A stretch of 57,522 nt of DNA from Gemmatimonadaceae bacterium. GTDB lineage: Bacteria > Gemmatimonadota > Gemmatimonadetes > Gemmatimonadales > Gemmatimonadaceae. The position numbers were made by a program, and so were the translations under genes. The notes under the pieces are model-generated. The model did not search any database, was not told where the DNA came from, and saw nothing but the letters and a program-made list of their open reading frames with translations. The stretch is from positions 1 to 57,522 of the forward strand of contig JBBDYA010000134.1 of assembly GCA_040902005.1 (NCBI GenBank), in the 5' to 3' direction. Below, piece after piece: positions 18,903 through 29,252 of this stretch (within the stretch, counting starts at the first letter, position 1; every line of letters starts with the position of its first letter).

Positions 18903-18912
18903 CCGCCGCCGG

Positions 18913-21612
18913 CTACTCCGACCGCAGCGCGCTGTTGGGGTCCGCGCGCGCTGCGCGCAGTGCCGGTGACATGCTGGCGCCGAGGGCGACGACGACCATG
19001 ATCGCGCTCACCGCCACGTAGATCCCCGGATCGGTAGCCGACTGCTGGAAGAGCAGCGGTTGCACCCATCGGCTGGCCACGAGAGCGAGCGCGCATCCCA
19101 CGGTGACGCCGGCCAGCGCGAACCGCGCGCTCTGTCCCACCACCAGCCGCAGGATGTCGGGACGCTGCGCGCCCAGCGCCACGCGCACACCCAGCTCGTG
19201 CATCCGCTGCGTCACGTTGTACGCGATCACGCCGTACAGGCCGATGGCCGCGACGGCGAGCGCGAGGAGCCCGAACGCGACGAACAGCGTGGCGCCCAGT
19301 TGCCACGATCGCTGCGATCCTTCGACGATGTCCATGAGCGGGCGCACTGTCACGTACGACTGCCCAGGCATCTTTGCCTGGAGCGCCTTGCGCACGGGCT
19401 CCTGTTGCGCGCTCGCGTTCCCCGGGACGCGCACGATGAGATAATCCCCGCGCTGCGGACGGAACTGATCGCTGGGCAGGTAATAGTGGAAGCGTCGCGC
19501 GTCCGCGAGCTGATTCTGGCGCTGCACGATGTCTTCCGCGATGCCCACCACCGTCGTGCAGGGAATCGTGTCCGAGCCCACGCGCATGCACTGGCCGATG
19601 GCGTTCTGTCCCGGCCAGAGCACTCCCGCCATCCCCTGGCTCACGACGGCCACGCGCGGTGCGCCCTCGCGATCCGCGTCGGTGAACCCGCGCCCCCGCA
19701 GAATGCGCGTGCCCATGGCGCCGAAGAAGTCGGCGGTCGCCGTCTGATAGGTGAAGCTTCCCAGGCGGGTCACCGAATCGATGCCGGCTACGTACAGGTT
19801 GGTGGTCGACGTACTCCAGAAGGGGATGCTGCTCACCATCGCAACGTGCGCGATGCCGGGAATCGCCTGCCCCGCCGTAACGAGCTCGCGACGCAGTTGC
19901 ACCAGCTGGGCGCTGTCCAGGGTAGTCCCTCGCAGGTTGCGGCTCACGAACAGCGCGCCCTCCGCATCGTACCCCATGCGCATCCCCCGCACGTTGTTCA
20001 GGCTCTTCACGAACAGGCCGGCGCCCACCAGGAGCACCACGGACAGCGCGCCCTGGGTGACGAGCAGCGCCACGCGAAGGCGCGACCGATGATAGGTGCC
20101 CTCGCGTGCGCCAGCCTTGAGCGACTTCGCCAGATCGCCGCGTCCAGACGTGGCCGCGGGCGCCAGCCCCGTGAGCACACCGGCCACGAGCGCGATGCCT
20201 ATTACCACGCCCAGCGTGCGCCAGTCCGTCATGACGTCGAGCGACGCGCCCTGCGTAGTGATCAGTAGTCGGCGCATGCCTGTGCCCCCCCACTGCGCCA
20301 CCAGGAGTCCCGCCGCGCTGCCCAGCAGCGAGAGCAGCACGCTCTCCGTGAGCGTCTGCCGCATGAGGCGGCCGCGCGACACGCCGAGCGCCAGCCGCAC
20401 CGCGGTCTCACGCTGCCGCCGGAGCGCTCGCGCGAGAAAGAGGTTGGCCACGTTCGCGCAGGCGATGAGCAAAACGATGGCGGCCACGCCGGTGAGCCAC
20501 AGCGCGGTGCGCGCTTCCAGTCCCGGGTCGGGTCCGGCCGCCACCTTCATGGCGGCGACTTCCGCGCGCGGGTTCGCCACCGCGAGTGGGGTAAGTGGCG
20601 GCTCGATCTCACCCTCGATCTCCCAACTGCGCCGGTACGCCTGGTTCATGTCGGCGGACGCCTGCTGCATGGTGACGTTCGCCTTGCGGCGCACCATCAT
20701 GTCCATCCACCCCCACTGGTACCGCGTGAAGTAGTTGGCGCGGTCGCTGGCGGCGGGATTGGAGCCGGCGTACAGCGTGATGGGGATGTAGACCGCCGGC
20801 GGCTCACGGTCGCTCACGCCAGAGAAGCCCTCGGGCGCCACGCCGATGATGGTCGTGAGGATGTGCCCCACCTGGAGGCGCTCGCCACGCACGTCGCGCC
20901 CGCCGAACTCCGATTGCCAGTAGGCGTGTCCCAGCACGGCCACCTCGGCGCCACGCGGCGTGGAGTCTTCGGCCGGAGTGAAGAAGCGCCCCAGCGCGGG
21001 GCGCGCATCGAAGAAGTCCCAGAGGGTGCCGCTCACCATCGCGATGCGGTGCTCGCGCGACGCGTCGCCGATGCCGATGGCCATGCTCGTTCCGGAGAAC
21101 GCCGCGTACCGGGAAAACGACGTAGTGTGTTTCTGGAGGTCGAGAAAGCGGGTATACTCGAACGTACTGAAGATTCTCTCGTCGCCCCGGAAGGTGGAGC
21201 GCAGGTACACGCGGTGCACCGACTGCGGGTCCTTCAGGTACGCATATGGCCGGAACATGAGTCGGTCCACCACGCCGAACATCGCCGCGTTGGCGCCAAT
21301 GCCCAGCGCGAGCGTAACGATCGCCGTCGCGGTGAATCCAGGAGACCGCCGCAGCCCGCGGAGCGCGTAGCGCACGTCCTGCTGGAACTGGTCGAGCGAG
21401 GGGAGCGACCAGCGCTCGCGCGCGTTTTCCGTGACGGTGGTGGTGTTGCCCAGCCGGCGGCGCGCGGTCCAGGGCGCCTCACCGGCAGACACGCCGGCGT
21501 GGAGCGCGTCGCGCTCGAGCTGCTGTTGGTGAAAGCGCAGTTCGTCCGTGAGCTCGCGCTCCAGCCGGTCGCGGCGAACCCAGTCCGCCAGTCGGGCAAG
21601 CCATTCACGCAT
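18913..21612 (-). CDS. ADOP-type duplicated ABC permease (MacB/FtsX x2)
   Basis: DELRFH, QDVRYALRGLRRSPGF, LGIGANAAMF, LLIACANVANL, GVRVALGA, ALRSE. Confidence 0.95.
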   Translation of the reverse strand: MREWLARLADWVRRDRLERELTDELRFHQQQLERDALHAGVSAGEAPWTARRRLGNTTTVTENARERWSLPSLDQFQQDVRYALRGLRRSPGFTATAIVTLALGIGANAAMFGVVDRLMFRPYAYLKDPQSVHRVYLRSTFRGDERIFSTFEYTRFLDLQKHTTSFSRYAAFSGTSMAIGIGDASREHRIAMVSGTLWDFFDARPALGRFFTPAEDSTPRGAEVAVLGHAYWQSEFGGRDVRGERLQVGHILTTIIGVAPEGFSGVSDREPPAVYIPITLYAGSNPAASDRANYFTRYQWGWMDMMVRRKANVTMQQASADMNQAYRRSWEIEGEIEPPLTPLAVANPRAEVAAMKVAAGPDPGLEARTALWLTGVAAIVLLIACANVANLFLARALRRQRETAVRLALGVSRGRLMRQTLTESVLLSLLGSAAGLLVAQWGGTGMRRLLITTQGASLDVMTDWRTLGVVIGIALVAGVLTGLAPAATSGRGDLAKSLKAGAREGTYHRSRLRVALLVTQGALSVVLLVGAGLFVKSLNNVRGMRMGYDAEGALFVSRNLRGTTLDSAQLVQLRRELVTAGQAIPGIAHVAMVSSIPFWSTSTTNLYVAGIDSVTRLGSFTYQTATADFFGAMGTRILRGRGFTDADREGAPRVAVVSQGMAGVLWPGQNAIGQCMRVGSDTIPCTTVVGIAEDIVQRQNQLADARRFHYYLPSDQFRPQRGDYLIVRVPGNASAQQEPVRKALQAKMPGQSYVTVRPLMDIVEGSQRSWQLGATLFVAFGLLALAVAAIGLYGVIAYNVTQRMHELGVRVALGAQRPDILRLVVGQSARFALAGVTVGCALALVASRWVQPLLFQQSATDPGIYVAVSAIMVVVALGASMSPALRAARADPNSALRSE

Positions 21613-21645
21613 GTGGTGTCATCCTGGGCGAAGCGGGGGGGTGGG

Positions 21646-21981
21646 TCACGCTGGGCGCATCACGCGCTTGACGGCGGCGAGCAGCTGGGCGAACCCGTCT
21701 TCCTGCTCTCCGAGCTGGCGCCGGCCGTCTGCCGTGATCGTGTAGTACCGCGCCCGCTGGTTGTTGGGCGTCTGCCGCCACTCGGCCTTGATCCATCCCT
21801 TCTGGCGCATGCGCTGGAGTGCGGGGTAGAGCGAACCCTCTTCCACGCGGATCACCTCCTGGGAGATGCGCTGGAGGTGCTGCGCGATGCCATAGCCGTG
21901 CATGGACTGCACGGTGAGCGTCTTGAGGACGAGCATGTCCAGCATGCCGGGGAGCAGGTCGCGCTTGGAGGAAGGCGTCAT
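21646..21981 (-). CDS. PadR-family regulator (acidobacterial type)
   Basis: GMLDMLVLKTL, HGYGIA, EEGSLYPALQRM, NNQRARYY. Confidence 0.95.
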   Translation of the reverse strand: MTPSSKRDLLPGMLDMLVLKTLTVQSMHGYGIAQHLQRISQEVIRVEEGSLYPALQRMRQKGWIKAEWRQTPNNQRARYYTITADGRRQLGEQEDGFAQLLAAVKRVMRPA

Positions 21982-21991
21982 CGAGTGGTGG

Positions 21992-22010
21992 CCCTAGATG
22001 GTCAATGGGA
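21992..22010. promoter_or_regulatory. Putative PadR operator
   Basis: CCCTAGATGGTCAATGGGA, 10 nt from the padR start; aligns ungapped with 28037-28055. Confidence 0.55.
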
Positions 22011-22177
22011 TAGACACTCTATGTCCTGAAAAGGTTGGACGCAAGTGCGGATGCCTGGGTGAGGCGCGCCGACGCTGGGCCGAGCGTCGCCTTCATTACC
22101 CAGCGCGCGGTCATCGACCGGGTTCTCACCACCTGCGCCTCTGGCCGAGGCGTGCGCGCGGCTGCATGTTGGCGGGG

Positions 22178-22564
22178 ATGCCGGCAGCCTCGAATCCCGA
22201 TCACCGCACGGAATCGCGCGGCGAGATCACGCGGCTTTTGCAGCAGGCGTCATCGGGGAATCGCGCCTCGTTCAACGAGCTCGTGCCGCTCGTGTACGAC
22301 GAGCTGCACGCCATCGCGTCCGGACGCCTCAAGATCGAGCCCTCCGGACACACGCTCACGCCGACGGCGCTCGTCCACGAGGCGTATCTGGCCCTGGTGG
22401 GACAGGAGCGCACGGAGTGGCACAGCCGCTCGCACTTCTACGCGGTCGCCGCGCTGGCGATGCGTCGCATTCTCATCAACTACGCCAAGGCACGCGCGCG
22501 CAAAAAGCGCGGCGGCGGCGCCGTGGCCGTCGACCTCGACGCAGCCGAGAAGCTCGGTGGGTGA
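22178..22564 (+). pseudogene. Truncated ECF sigma factor (TIGR02999 type), region 4 missing
   Basis: EITRLL, LVYDELH, HTLTPTALVHEAY, AMRRILINYA..KKRGGG, then a premature stop. Confidence 0.8.
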
Positions 22565-22791
22565 CGAGCTATTCGTTGCGCAGCGTCACGAACGACGAGA
22601 CCGGTAGCGCCGATGTGTCGGGATGGTCGATCGGATCAGCGGACCTCGAGGGGTTCGTGAGGGCCACGCGCCTCGGCTCCGGCAAGGGCCGGACGTACGT
22701 GCTGACCTACGACGTGTTTGGGGCCAATGGCGCGACTGGATCGTGCGCGGTCATGGTGCGAGTGCCGCACGATCAGGGTCGAGGCAAGTAG
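22560..22791 (+). pseudogene. C-terminal fragment of a secreted Ig-like/HYR-type domain protein
   Basis: ...RATRLGSGKGRTYVLTY...SCAVMVRVPHDQG; no start of its own. Confidence 0.55.
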
Positions 22792-22944
22792 CGAACTACA
22801 AAAGTTGGCCATCGCGTTCGAACCGCGGTGGCGCGCCGAAGGGATCGCGACCACCTTGGGGTGTAACCGTTTCCCCAAGGAGTGCGCACCATGGGTCGCT
22901 TCATTTCCGCCGGTCGCCTGTCCCCTTAATCAGCGGCTTTCACT

Positions 22945-24342
22945 ATGACGCGAGAGATGTCGCGGCGAGAAACGCTACAGGCCCTGGGCGTGTTCGTCGC
23001 CGGAACGTTCTTTCCATGGTCGGCTCACGCCACCAACGAGACCGGCGAACCGCTGATCCTGCCCGACCCGGAACGCCTGTACACGCCGCGAAGGCCTGTG
23101 ACCGCTGTTACCCTCGGCGCCGGCTCGCGCGGCAATGTGTACGGAGATTTCGCCGTCGCGTACCCCGATCAGCTGAAAATCGTAGGCGTCGCCGAGCCCA
23201 TTCCCGCTCGTCAGGAACGCTACTCGCAAACCCATTCCATCACAGCTGAGCATCGCTTTGTCACGTGGGAGCATGTCTTTCAGCGTCCCAAATTCGCAGA
23301 CGCGGTGATCATCAGCACGCCCGATGACCTGCACTACGGGCCGTGCATGGAGGCGCTGCGGTTGGGATATGACGTTCTGCTCGAAAAGCCGATCTCTCCG
23401 TCCGAGCAGGAGTGCAGAGACATCCTGGCGAGGGTCCGGGAGACCGGACGTGTCGTGGCCGTGTGCCATGTCCTTCGCTACGCGCCGTATTTCGTGAAGC
23501 TGCGCGAACTGATCCAGGGCGGTGCCATCGGTCGCGTCGTGAGCCTGCAGCATCTCGAGCCGATCGAGCACACGCACATGGCGCATTCATTCGTCCGTGG
23601 GAACTGGCACAACAGCCGCACCACCACGCCCATCATACTGGCCAAGTCCTGCCACGATCTCGACGTCCTGCGGTGGATGGTGGGCAAGGACAGCCGCAGC
23701 ATCCACGCGTTCGGCGAGTTGAGCTGGTTCCGGCCTGAGAATGCACCGGCTGGAAGCACCGAGCGCTGCACTGATGGGTGCGCCGTGGAGAGCACCTGTC
23801 CGTACTCCGCTCTCCGCACCTATTACAGGAATCGTCAACGCCTGTATGTGTTCGATCTGCCCACGGCCCCGGCCGAGCATGGACCCGCCATCCTGAACTA
23901 CCTGCGGACCACGAACTACGGCCGCTGCGTCTATCGGATGGAGAATGATCAGTGTGATCACTACATCACCAATATCCTCTTCGACGGTGGTGTGACGGCG
24001 AGCTTCAGCATGGAGGCGTTCACTCCGTGGGGTGGCCGGCGAACCCGCGTCATGGGCAGCATGGGCTACATCGAAGGGGATATGAACAAGATGGAGATCC
24101 ATGATTTCCGATCGGGCGAGCGCACACTGCTCGAGACGCGCGTCCTCGACGTTGATCAATACTCAGGCTCCGGGCACGGCGGCGGTGACTGGCGCCTTGC
24201 TGCAAACTGGGCCGAAGCGGTAGCGAAACAGGACGCGTCCCTGCTGAGTTCAACGGTCGATGTATCCATCGAAAGCCACATCATGGCGTTTGCGGCTGAG
24301 CATAGCCGTGCCCGTCGGACGGTAGAGACCATCCGCGTTTAG
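22945..24342 (+). CDS. Gfo/Idh/MocA-family oxidoreductase, Tat-exported
   Basis: SRRETL, GAGSRG, LLEKP, HSFVRGNW, KSCHDLD, GHGGGD. Confidence 0.9.
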   Translation: MTREMSRRETLQALGVFVAGTFFPWSAHATNETGEPLILPDPERLYTPRRPVTAVTLGAGSRGNVYGDFAVAYPDQLKIVGVAEPIPARQERYSQTHSITAEHRFVTWEHVFQRPKFADAVIISTPDDLHYGPCMEALRLGYDVLLEKPISPSEQECRDILARVRETGRVVAVCHVLRYAPYFVKLRELIQGGAIGRVVSLQHLEPIEHTHMAHSFVRGNWHNSRTTTPIILAKSCHDLDVLRWMVGKDSRSIHAFGELSWFRPENAPAGSTERCTDGCAVESTCPYSALRTYYRNRQRLYVFDLPTAPAEHGPAILNYLRTTNYGRCVYRMENDQCDHYITNILFDGGVTASFSMEAFTPWGGRRTRVMGSMGYIEGDMNKMEIHDFRSGERTLLETRVLDVDQYSGSGHGGGDWRLAANWAEAVAKQDASLLSSTVDVSIESHIMAFAAEHSRARRTVETIRV

Positions 24343-24391
24343 TCGGCGGACCTTGTCGCCGCTGGGACGCGCGTGCTGAGGAACTGGATCG

Positions 24392-24934
24392 ATGAACTTC
24401 CCTCACCAACTCTCCTGGCTGATCGATAACCCGCTCCGCCGGCTCCTACTCCGCCCGCAACAGCTCGCCGAGAGATTGCCTCTCACTGAGTCTGGTTTCT
24501 TGCTCGAGCTAGGCGCTGGGTCCGGGTACTTCAGCATCGAGCTCGCGCGCCGTGTTCCCCGTGGCCGATTGGAACTGCTCGATCTCCAACCCCAGATGCT
24601 CGCCAAGGCAAGGCGCAAACTCGAGAAGCGAGGTTTCCAGAACATCGGTTACAGTGTGCACGACGCCAGCGTCGGACTCCCGTTCCCAGATCAGATGTTT
24701 GATGTCGCGGTCATGGTCGCCGTCCTCGGTGAGGTAGCGGATCAAGCGTCGTGCCTCGACAGCCTGTTTCGGACTATACGGTCCGGCGGCGTGCTTGCCA
24801 TCCATGAGCACGTCCCAGATCCAGACCGCATCAAGTTCGCGGCCCTGCGGTCGCTGGTGGAGCCGCGGGGTTTCCGGTTCCGCAAGCGGTACGGTCCCGC
24901 CTGGAACTACACCGCTCTATTCGAGAGGCCATGA
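24392..24934 (+). CDS. Class I SAM-dependent methyltransferase
   Basis: LELGAGSGYF, DLQPQML, LPFPDQMFD. Confidence 0.9.
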   Translation: MNFPHQLSWLIDNPLRRLLLRPQQLAERLPLTESGFLLELGAGSGYFSIELARRVPRGRLELLDLQPQMLAKARRKLEKRGFQNIGYSVHDASVGLPFPDQMFDVAVMVAVLGEVADQASCLDSLFRTIRSGGVLAIHEHVPDPDRIKFAALRSLVEPRGFRFRKRYGPAWNYTALFERP

Positions 24935-24953
24935 GCCCAGTGCATCCGCGGTG

Positions 24954-27683
24954 TCATTCTGACCGCAGCGCCACCATGGGATCGACCCGGCTCGCGCGCC
25001 GGGCAGGCAGCCAGCTCGCGAGCAGCGCGACGCCGCCCAGCACCGCGGTCACGCCCGCCAGCGTCAGAGGATCGTGCGGCGTGATGCCGAAGACCAGCGC
25101 GCGCATCGCCTGCGACAGAGCCAGTGCCCCCGCGAGGCCGAGCAGCAGGCCCAGGCCTACCATGCGCGCGCCGTCGCGGAGCACGTACGCCTGTACGCGG
25201 CCGGCATCCGCGCCCAGGGCGACGCGCACGCCGATCTCGCGCGTCCGCTGCGCCACCGCGTAACTCAGCACGCCATGCACGCCCACCGCCGCGAGTACCA
25301 GCGCGGCCAGCGCAAACGCCGCGAGCACCAGCATCGTGTAGCGCCGCTGCGCCAGCGTGCCGCTGATCGTGTCTTCCAGGGGCTCCACGCCGAACAGCGC
25401 GAGCTGCGGATCGATCTCCCTGATTACTCGTCGAACCAGCGGGGCCGCGACCGCCGCATCACTCCCTTCCATTCGCACGAAGACTGCGCTCGGCACCGGG
25501 ATCTGCGCGAGCGGCATGTACACCGCCGGTGGGGCTACGGACGCGAGTCCCCTGATGCGCTCATTGTCCACGACGCCGATGACCGTGCGGTTCGCGCCCC
25601 ACAGGTTCACTTGGGCTCCCAGCGGCTCACGCCCCGCGAAGAACTGGTCGCGAGCCGCCGTGTTGATGATCAGCACGCGCGCGGACGCGGGTCCGTCACT
25701 CGCCGCGAACGCGCGGCCATCGAGCACCCGCACACGCAGGGTCTCGAAGTACGACGCGCTGACCGTGCGGATCGACGGTTCCGGCCAGTTCTCAGCCTCC
25801 GCCTCGCGGCCAATGACGCGGATCGAGCTGGTGAAGCCCGCGTCCATCGGATTCGCCGTCGCCAGCGCCACCGACTCCACGCCTGGGAGCGCCGACAGGC
25901 GCTCAACCACCTCGTGCAGGAACCCCAGCCGGGCCGTCGCGCTCGAAGCGTTCGTGAAATCGATCGGATATCGAGTGGCGGGGAGTTGGAACTCCGCCTT
26001 GAGCACTCCGGACGCGTCGAACCCCGGATGCACCGCGCGCAACTCCCAGAGACTGCGGATCAGCAGGCCGGCGCCGGCCATGAGCGTCGGCGCCATCCCC
26101 AGCTCGGCGACCACCAGCGTGGCGCGCAGCGAGCGTCGCGCGCGCCCTCCCCCCGCGGCGCCGCGGGCGCTTTCCGCGTGCAGCGATTGGCTGATGTCCA
26201 GCCGGCGCGCGCGCAGCGTGGGAAGCAGCCCGACGACGACCGCAATCACCGTTGCGAGCACACCGGTCAACAGCAGCGCACGCCCGTCCACCGCCATCGT
26301 CTCCGCGCGCGGGATCGTCGCTGGCGCCAACGCGCGCAATACAGCCACGGCGCCAAACGCGATGCTGACGCCGACGGCGGCGCCCGCGGCGGCGAGCATT
26401 GCCGCCTCTACGAAGAATTGCTGCGCGAGCCGGGAGGCCACGGCGCCCAGCGAGGTGCGGATGATCACCTCGCGCGACCGGGCCGTGGACCGCACCAGCT
26501 GGAGATTGACCACGTTGGCGCAGGCCACGAGCAACACCATCACCACCGCGCCAAGCAGGACGAGAAGCGCCTGCCGCACGTCGCCAAACACGACCGCCTC
26601 CATCGGTTCGACGAATGCGCCACGCGCCGCGTTCTCCTGCGGATACTCGCGCTCCAGGTCCGCCGTAATCGCGGTCATCTCGTGCTGTGCCGCGGTGAAG
26701 CTGGCGCCCTGCGCCAGCCGTCCGGCCACGAAGATCGGATGGTTGCCCCGCTGTGCATTGGGTGCGGGACGCAGCGGGAGCCAGACATCCACGCGGACGC
26801 GATCGCCGCGGTCGGCAAATCCGCGCATATAGGACGCGGCACCGAGGGTTTGCAGCACGCCGAAGTCCGAACCCCGCGGCAGCACGCCCACGATGCTCCA
26901 TGTCACGTCGTTGAGACGCAGCGTACGTCCGGTGACATTGGGATCGCGTTGGAAGAGCCGCGTCCAGAGATCCTCGCTGATGATCGCGGCGCGCGGGCCG
27001 CCGGGCATGTCTTCTTCCGCGGTAAAGGCACGGCCGACGAGCGGACGAACGCCGAGCAGGGCGAACCATTCGTGGCTCACGCCGAGCCCTGCGACGCGTT
27101 CCGGATCGGCTGCGTCGGGGGAGAGGCTCAATTCGAGCGGCGTGAATGCCGTGATTTCCTCGAAGGTGCGCACCCGCTCGCGGAAGTCGCGATAGTCGGG
27201 GATCGACGCCGGCTCCCGCGTGGTGCCGCTGGCACGGTCCGTCTCCCAGATCATCGCCACGCGATCCAGTCCGGCGAACGGCGCGGGCCGGAGCAGCACG
27301 CCGTCGACGACTGAGAAGAGCGCCGCGTTCGCGCCCATGCCGATTCCCAGCGTGAGAACCGCCGCGGCGGTGAAGCCGGGCGCCCGCAACAGCGAACGGC
27401 CGCCGTAGCGAACGTCCTGCCAGAGCGATTCCCACCATTCGGCGCGCCGCTCGCGACGCACGCGCCCGCGGTCGATCTCCACCAGGCGTCGGGGTACTGC
27501 CCGGAGATCCGCGAAGCGCGTCTCGGCTTCTCGCCTGGCGTCCTCGGGCGAGCGGCCAGCCGCGACCAGCTCTTCGACGGTGCGTTCGATGTGAAATCTG
27601 AGCTCGTCGTCGACGTCGCGCTGGATGTCGGCAGCGTCGCGCTCGATGCGGAACAGGCGGCGGATCCCCGGAATTCGTGACAT
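24954..27683 (-). CDS. ADOP-type duplicated ABC permease
   Basis: DDELRFH, WQDVRYGGRSLLRAPGF, LLVACANVVNL, QRTREIGVRVALGA, VDPMVALRSE. Confidence 0.95.
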   Translation of the reverse strand: MSRIPGIRRLFRIERDAADIQRDVDDELRFHIERTVEELVAAGRSPEDARREAETRFADLRAVPRRLVEIDRGRVRRERRAEWWESLWQDVRYGGRSLLRAPGFTAAAVLTLGIGMGANAALFSVVDGVLLRPAPFAGLDRVAMIWETDRASGTTREPASIPDYRDFRERVRTFEEITAFTPLELSLSPDAADPERVAGLGVSHEWFALLGVRPLVGRAFTAEEDMPGGPRAAIISEDLWTRLFQRDPNVTGRTLRLNDVTWSIVGVLPRGSDFGVLQTLGAASYMRGFADRGDRVRVDVWLPLRPAPNAQRGNHPIFVAGRLAQGASFTAAQHEMTAITADLEREYPQENAARGAFVEPMEAVVFGDVRQALLVLLGAVVMVLLVACANVVNLQLVRSTARSREVIIRTSLGAVASRLAQQFFVEAAMLAAAGAAVGVSIAFGAVAVLRALAPATIPRAETMAVDGRALLLTGVLATVIAVVVGLLPTLRARRLDISQSLHAESARGAAGGGRARRSLRATLVVAELGMAPTLMAGAGLLIRSLWELRAVHPGFDASGVLKAEFQLPATRYPIDFTNASSATARLGFLHEVVERLSALPGVESVALATANPMDAGFTSSIRVIGREAEAENWPEPSIRTVSASYFETLRVRVLDGRAFAASDGPASARVLIINTAARDQFFAGREPLGAQVNLWGANRTVIGVVDNERIRGLASVAPPAVYMPLAQIPVPSAVFVRMEGSDAAVAAPLVRRVIREIDPQLALFGVEPLEDTISGTLAQRRYTMLVLAAFALAALVLAAVGVHGVLSYAVAQRTREIGVRVALGADAGRVQAYVLRDGARMVGLGLLLGLAGALALSQAMRALVFGITPHDPLTLAGVTAVLGGVALLASWLPARRASRVDPMVALRSE

Positions 27684-27697
27684 GATGCTCTCTCCCG

Positions 27698-28027
27698 TCA
27701 GGCGGTACGCAGCACGCGGGACACTGCTGCGGTGTAGCGGTTCCAGCGCTCCGATTCCGCGGTCAGCTCGCGCCGTCCGGCAGCGGTCAGCTCGTAGTAC
27801 TTCGCGCGGCGGTTGTTCTCCGAGAGCCCCCACTCCGCGCGCACCAGGCGGCGCGCTTCGAGTCGGTGCAGCGAGGTGTAGAGGGCGCCGTCGTCCACGC
27901 GCAGCTCGTTGCCGGACGTCTGACGGATCCAGTGGGCGACCGCGTATCCGTGCCGCGGTCCCCAAGTCAGTGTCTTGAGAACGAGCACGTCCAGCGTGCC
28001 CTGGACGAGGTCAAGATCCGGTCGCAT
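27698..28027 (-). CDS. PadR-family regulator (acidobacterial type)
   Basis: QGTLDVLVLKTL, HGYAVA, GALYTSLHRLE, SENNRRAKYY. Confidence 0.95.
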   Translation of the reverse strand: MRPDLDLVQGTLDVLVLKTLTWGPRHGYAVAHWIRQTSGNELRVDDGALYTSLHRLEARRLVRAEWGLSENNRRAKYYELTAAGRRELTAESERWNRYTAAVSRVLRTA

Positions 28028-28036
28028 CACCTGTTC

Positions 28037-28055
28037 CCCTGAAATGTTGATGGGA
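28037..28055. promoter_or_regulatory. Putative PadR operator
   Basis: CCCTGAAATGTTGATGGGA, 9 nt from the padR start. Confidence 0.55.
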
Positions 28056-28374
28056 ATATATACGCGCGGGCCGTTTGGTGGTTTCAGCATGCACTGACTG
28101 AGACAGCGGGCGGTCCCAAAAGGGTTGTTCCCCGGCGAGCGCCACCCCTCCGCCGCACCGGCGCTGTCCCGAAGCCTTCGCTTTTCCTCGGGCCGAATCG
28201 TGACGCCGCTCAGGCTAGCGCACGGTGTTCATCGCCCAGACCGAATCGAGCTGGCGCCCCGATCAAAATGTCTACAAACTCAATGCAGAATTCGATGCAA
28301 GACCGATACAACATGGTTTCCCGAAAGGGCGCATATCGCGACCACTGACAATCACTTCAATCCCGAGACTAGCT

Positions 28375-28692
28375 ATGCTGCTCGTGCGAGAACTCATGTA
28401 TTGCAAGCCGGGCAAGGTTCGGCCCATGGTGGAGAAGTTCGTCGCCATGTCTGCGTTGATGGAGAAAGCAGGCCAGGGAAAGATGCGCGTGATGACTGAT
28501 TTTGTGGGAGAGCGCTATTGGACAATCGTGTCAGAGTTCGAGGTCGAGAGCTTGGATGCTTTCGAAAAGATGATGTCCGGTCAGGGCGCACCGATGGATG
28601 CAGAAACGCAGAAGCAGATGGATGAACTGATGAAGGGTTACCACGATCTGGTCGAATTTGGGCGGCGCGAGATTTACAAGGTCGAGAATTAG
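28375..28692 (+). CDS. Small dimeric alpha/beta-barrel (NIPSNAP-like) protein
   Basis: RELMYCKPGK...RVMTDFVGERYWTIVSEFEVESL...GRREIY. Confidence 0.7.
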   Translation: MLLVRELMYCKPGKVRPMVEKFVAMSALMEKAGQGKMRVMTDFVGERYWTIVSEFEVESLDAFEKMMSGQGAPMDAETQKQMDELMKGYHDLVEFGRREIYKVEN

Positions 28693-28719
28693 CCGCAGGG
28701 TGCGGGCCCGGTCTTCGCG

Positions 28720-28731
28720 GGCGCGTTAGAA
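28720..28731 (+). other. attC right-end remnant
   Basis: GGCGCGTTAGAA resembles the other R' ends (GGCACGTTAGGT, GGCGCGTTGGGT). Confidence 0.45.
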
Positions 28732-28754
28732 GCAGGTGGAGGTGGTTCAGGCAT

Positions 28755-29252
28755 ATGAACTTTGCTGGGCGCAGTTGGTTGGGCGTCCTGGTAATTGCTG
28801 CGCACAACGCCGAGGAAGCCTTGATTGCGCCAGGGTGGCTTCAACCTCGTCTCCCGGAACTCGTGCAGCGGTTCGGGGTCGTCCCATTGGCGGTCGATGC
28901 CGAGCGACTGTACGTGGGACTAACGCTGGTCACGCTTTTCGCCGCGGGGTGGGTAGCGCTTGCGAGTCGGGCGGCTCCGCGGAGTCTGGCTGTGCACTCG
29001 CTCATCGCGCTCTACTCCATCTTTTTTGTGAACGCGTTCATTCCGCATGTGGCTGGCTCCGTCTTGCTGGGCGGGTATACGCCAGGGGTGTTCTCGGCGG
29101 TCACCCTGGTGGCGCCGTACTGCCTGTGGTACTTCAAGCGAGCACTCAGCGAACATTGGGTCGGCGGCGCAGGCTTCGTGGCAGCCTTTGCTGTTGGTGC
29201 AGTTCTGTATGTCCCTGCTGTGTGGACACTCCTGAGGTTCCGAGGCGGATAA
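28755..29252 (+). CDS. HXXEE-domain membrane protein (cassette)
   Basis: HNAEE, NAFIPH, YTPGVFSA; TAA stop followed by C. Confidence 0.85.
   Translation: MNFAGRSWLGVLVIAAHNAEEALIAPGWLQPRLPELVQRFGVVPLAVDAERLYVGLTLVTLFAAGWVALASRAAPRSLAVHSLIALYSIFFVNAFIPHVAGSVLLGGYTPGVFSAVTLVAPYCLWYFKRALSEHWVGGAGFVAAFAVGAVLYVPAVWTLLRFRGG

Noticed and set aside
24343..24391. Possible attC remnant before the methyltransferase
   Set aside because: Only a weak CCGCTGGGAC match, with no R'' or arm sequence.
25074..27314. Long antisense or alternate-frame ORFs (also 47289-49619, 43998-45959, 18479-20293)
   Set aside because: Shadow ORFs expected in high-GC DNA; they overlap well-supported genes and show no recognisable motifs.
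28060..28374. Possible intI gene or attI site at the head of the array
   Set aside because: No tyrosine-recombinase motifs in any ORF in the window, and no convincing GTTRRRY core here.
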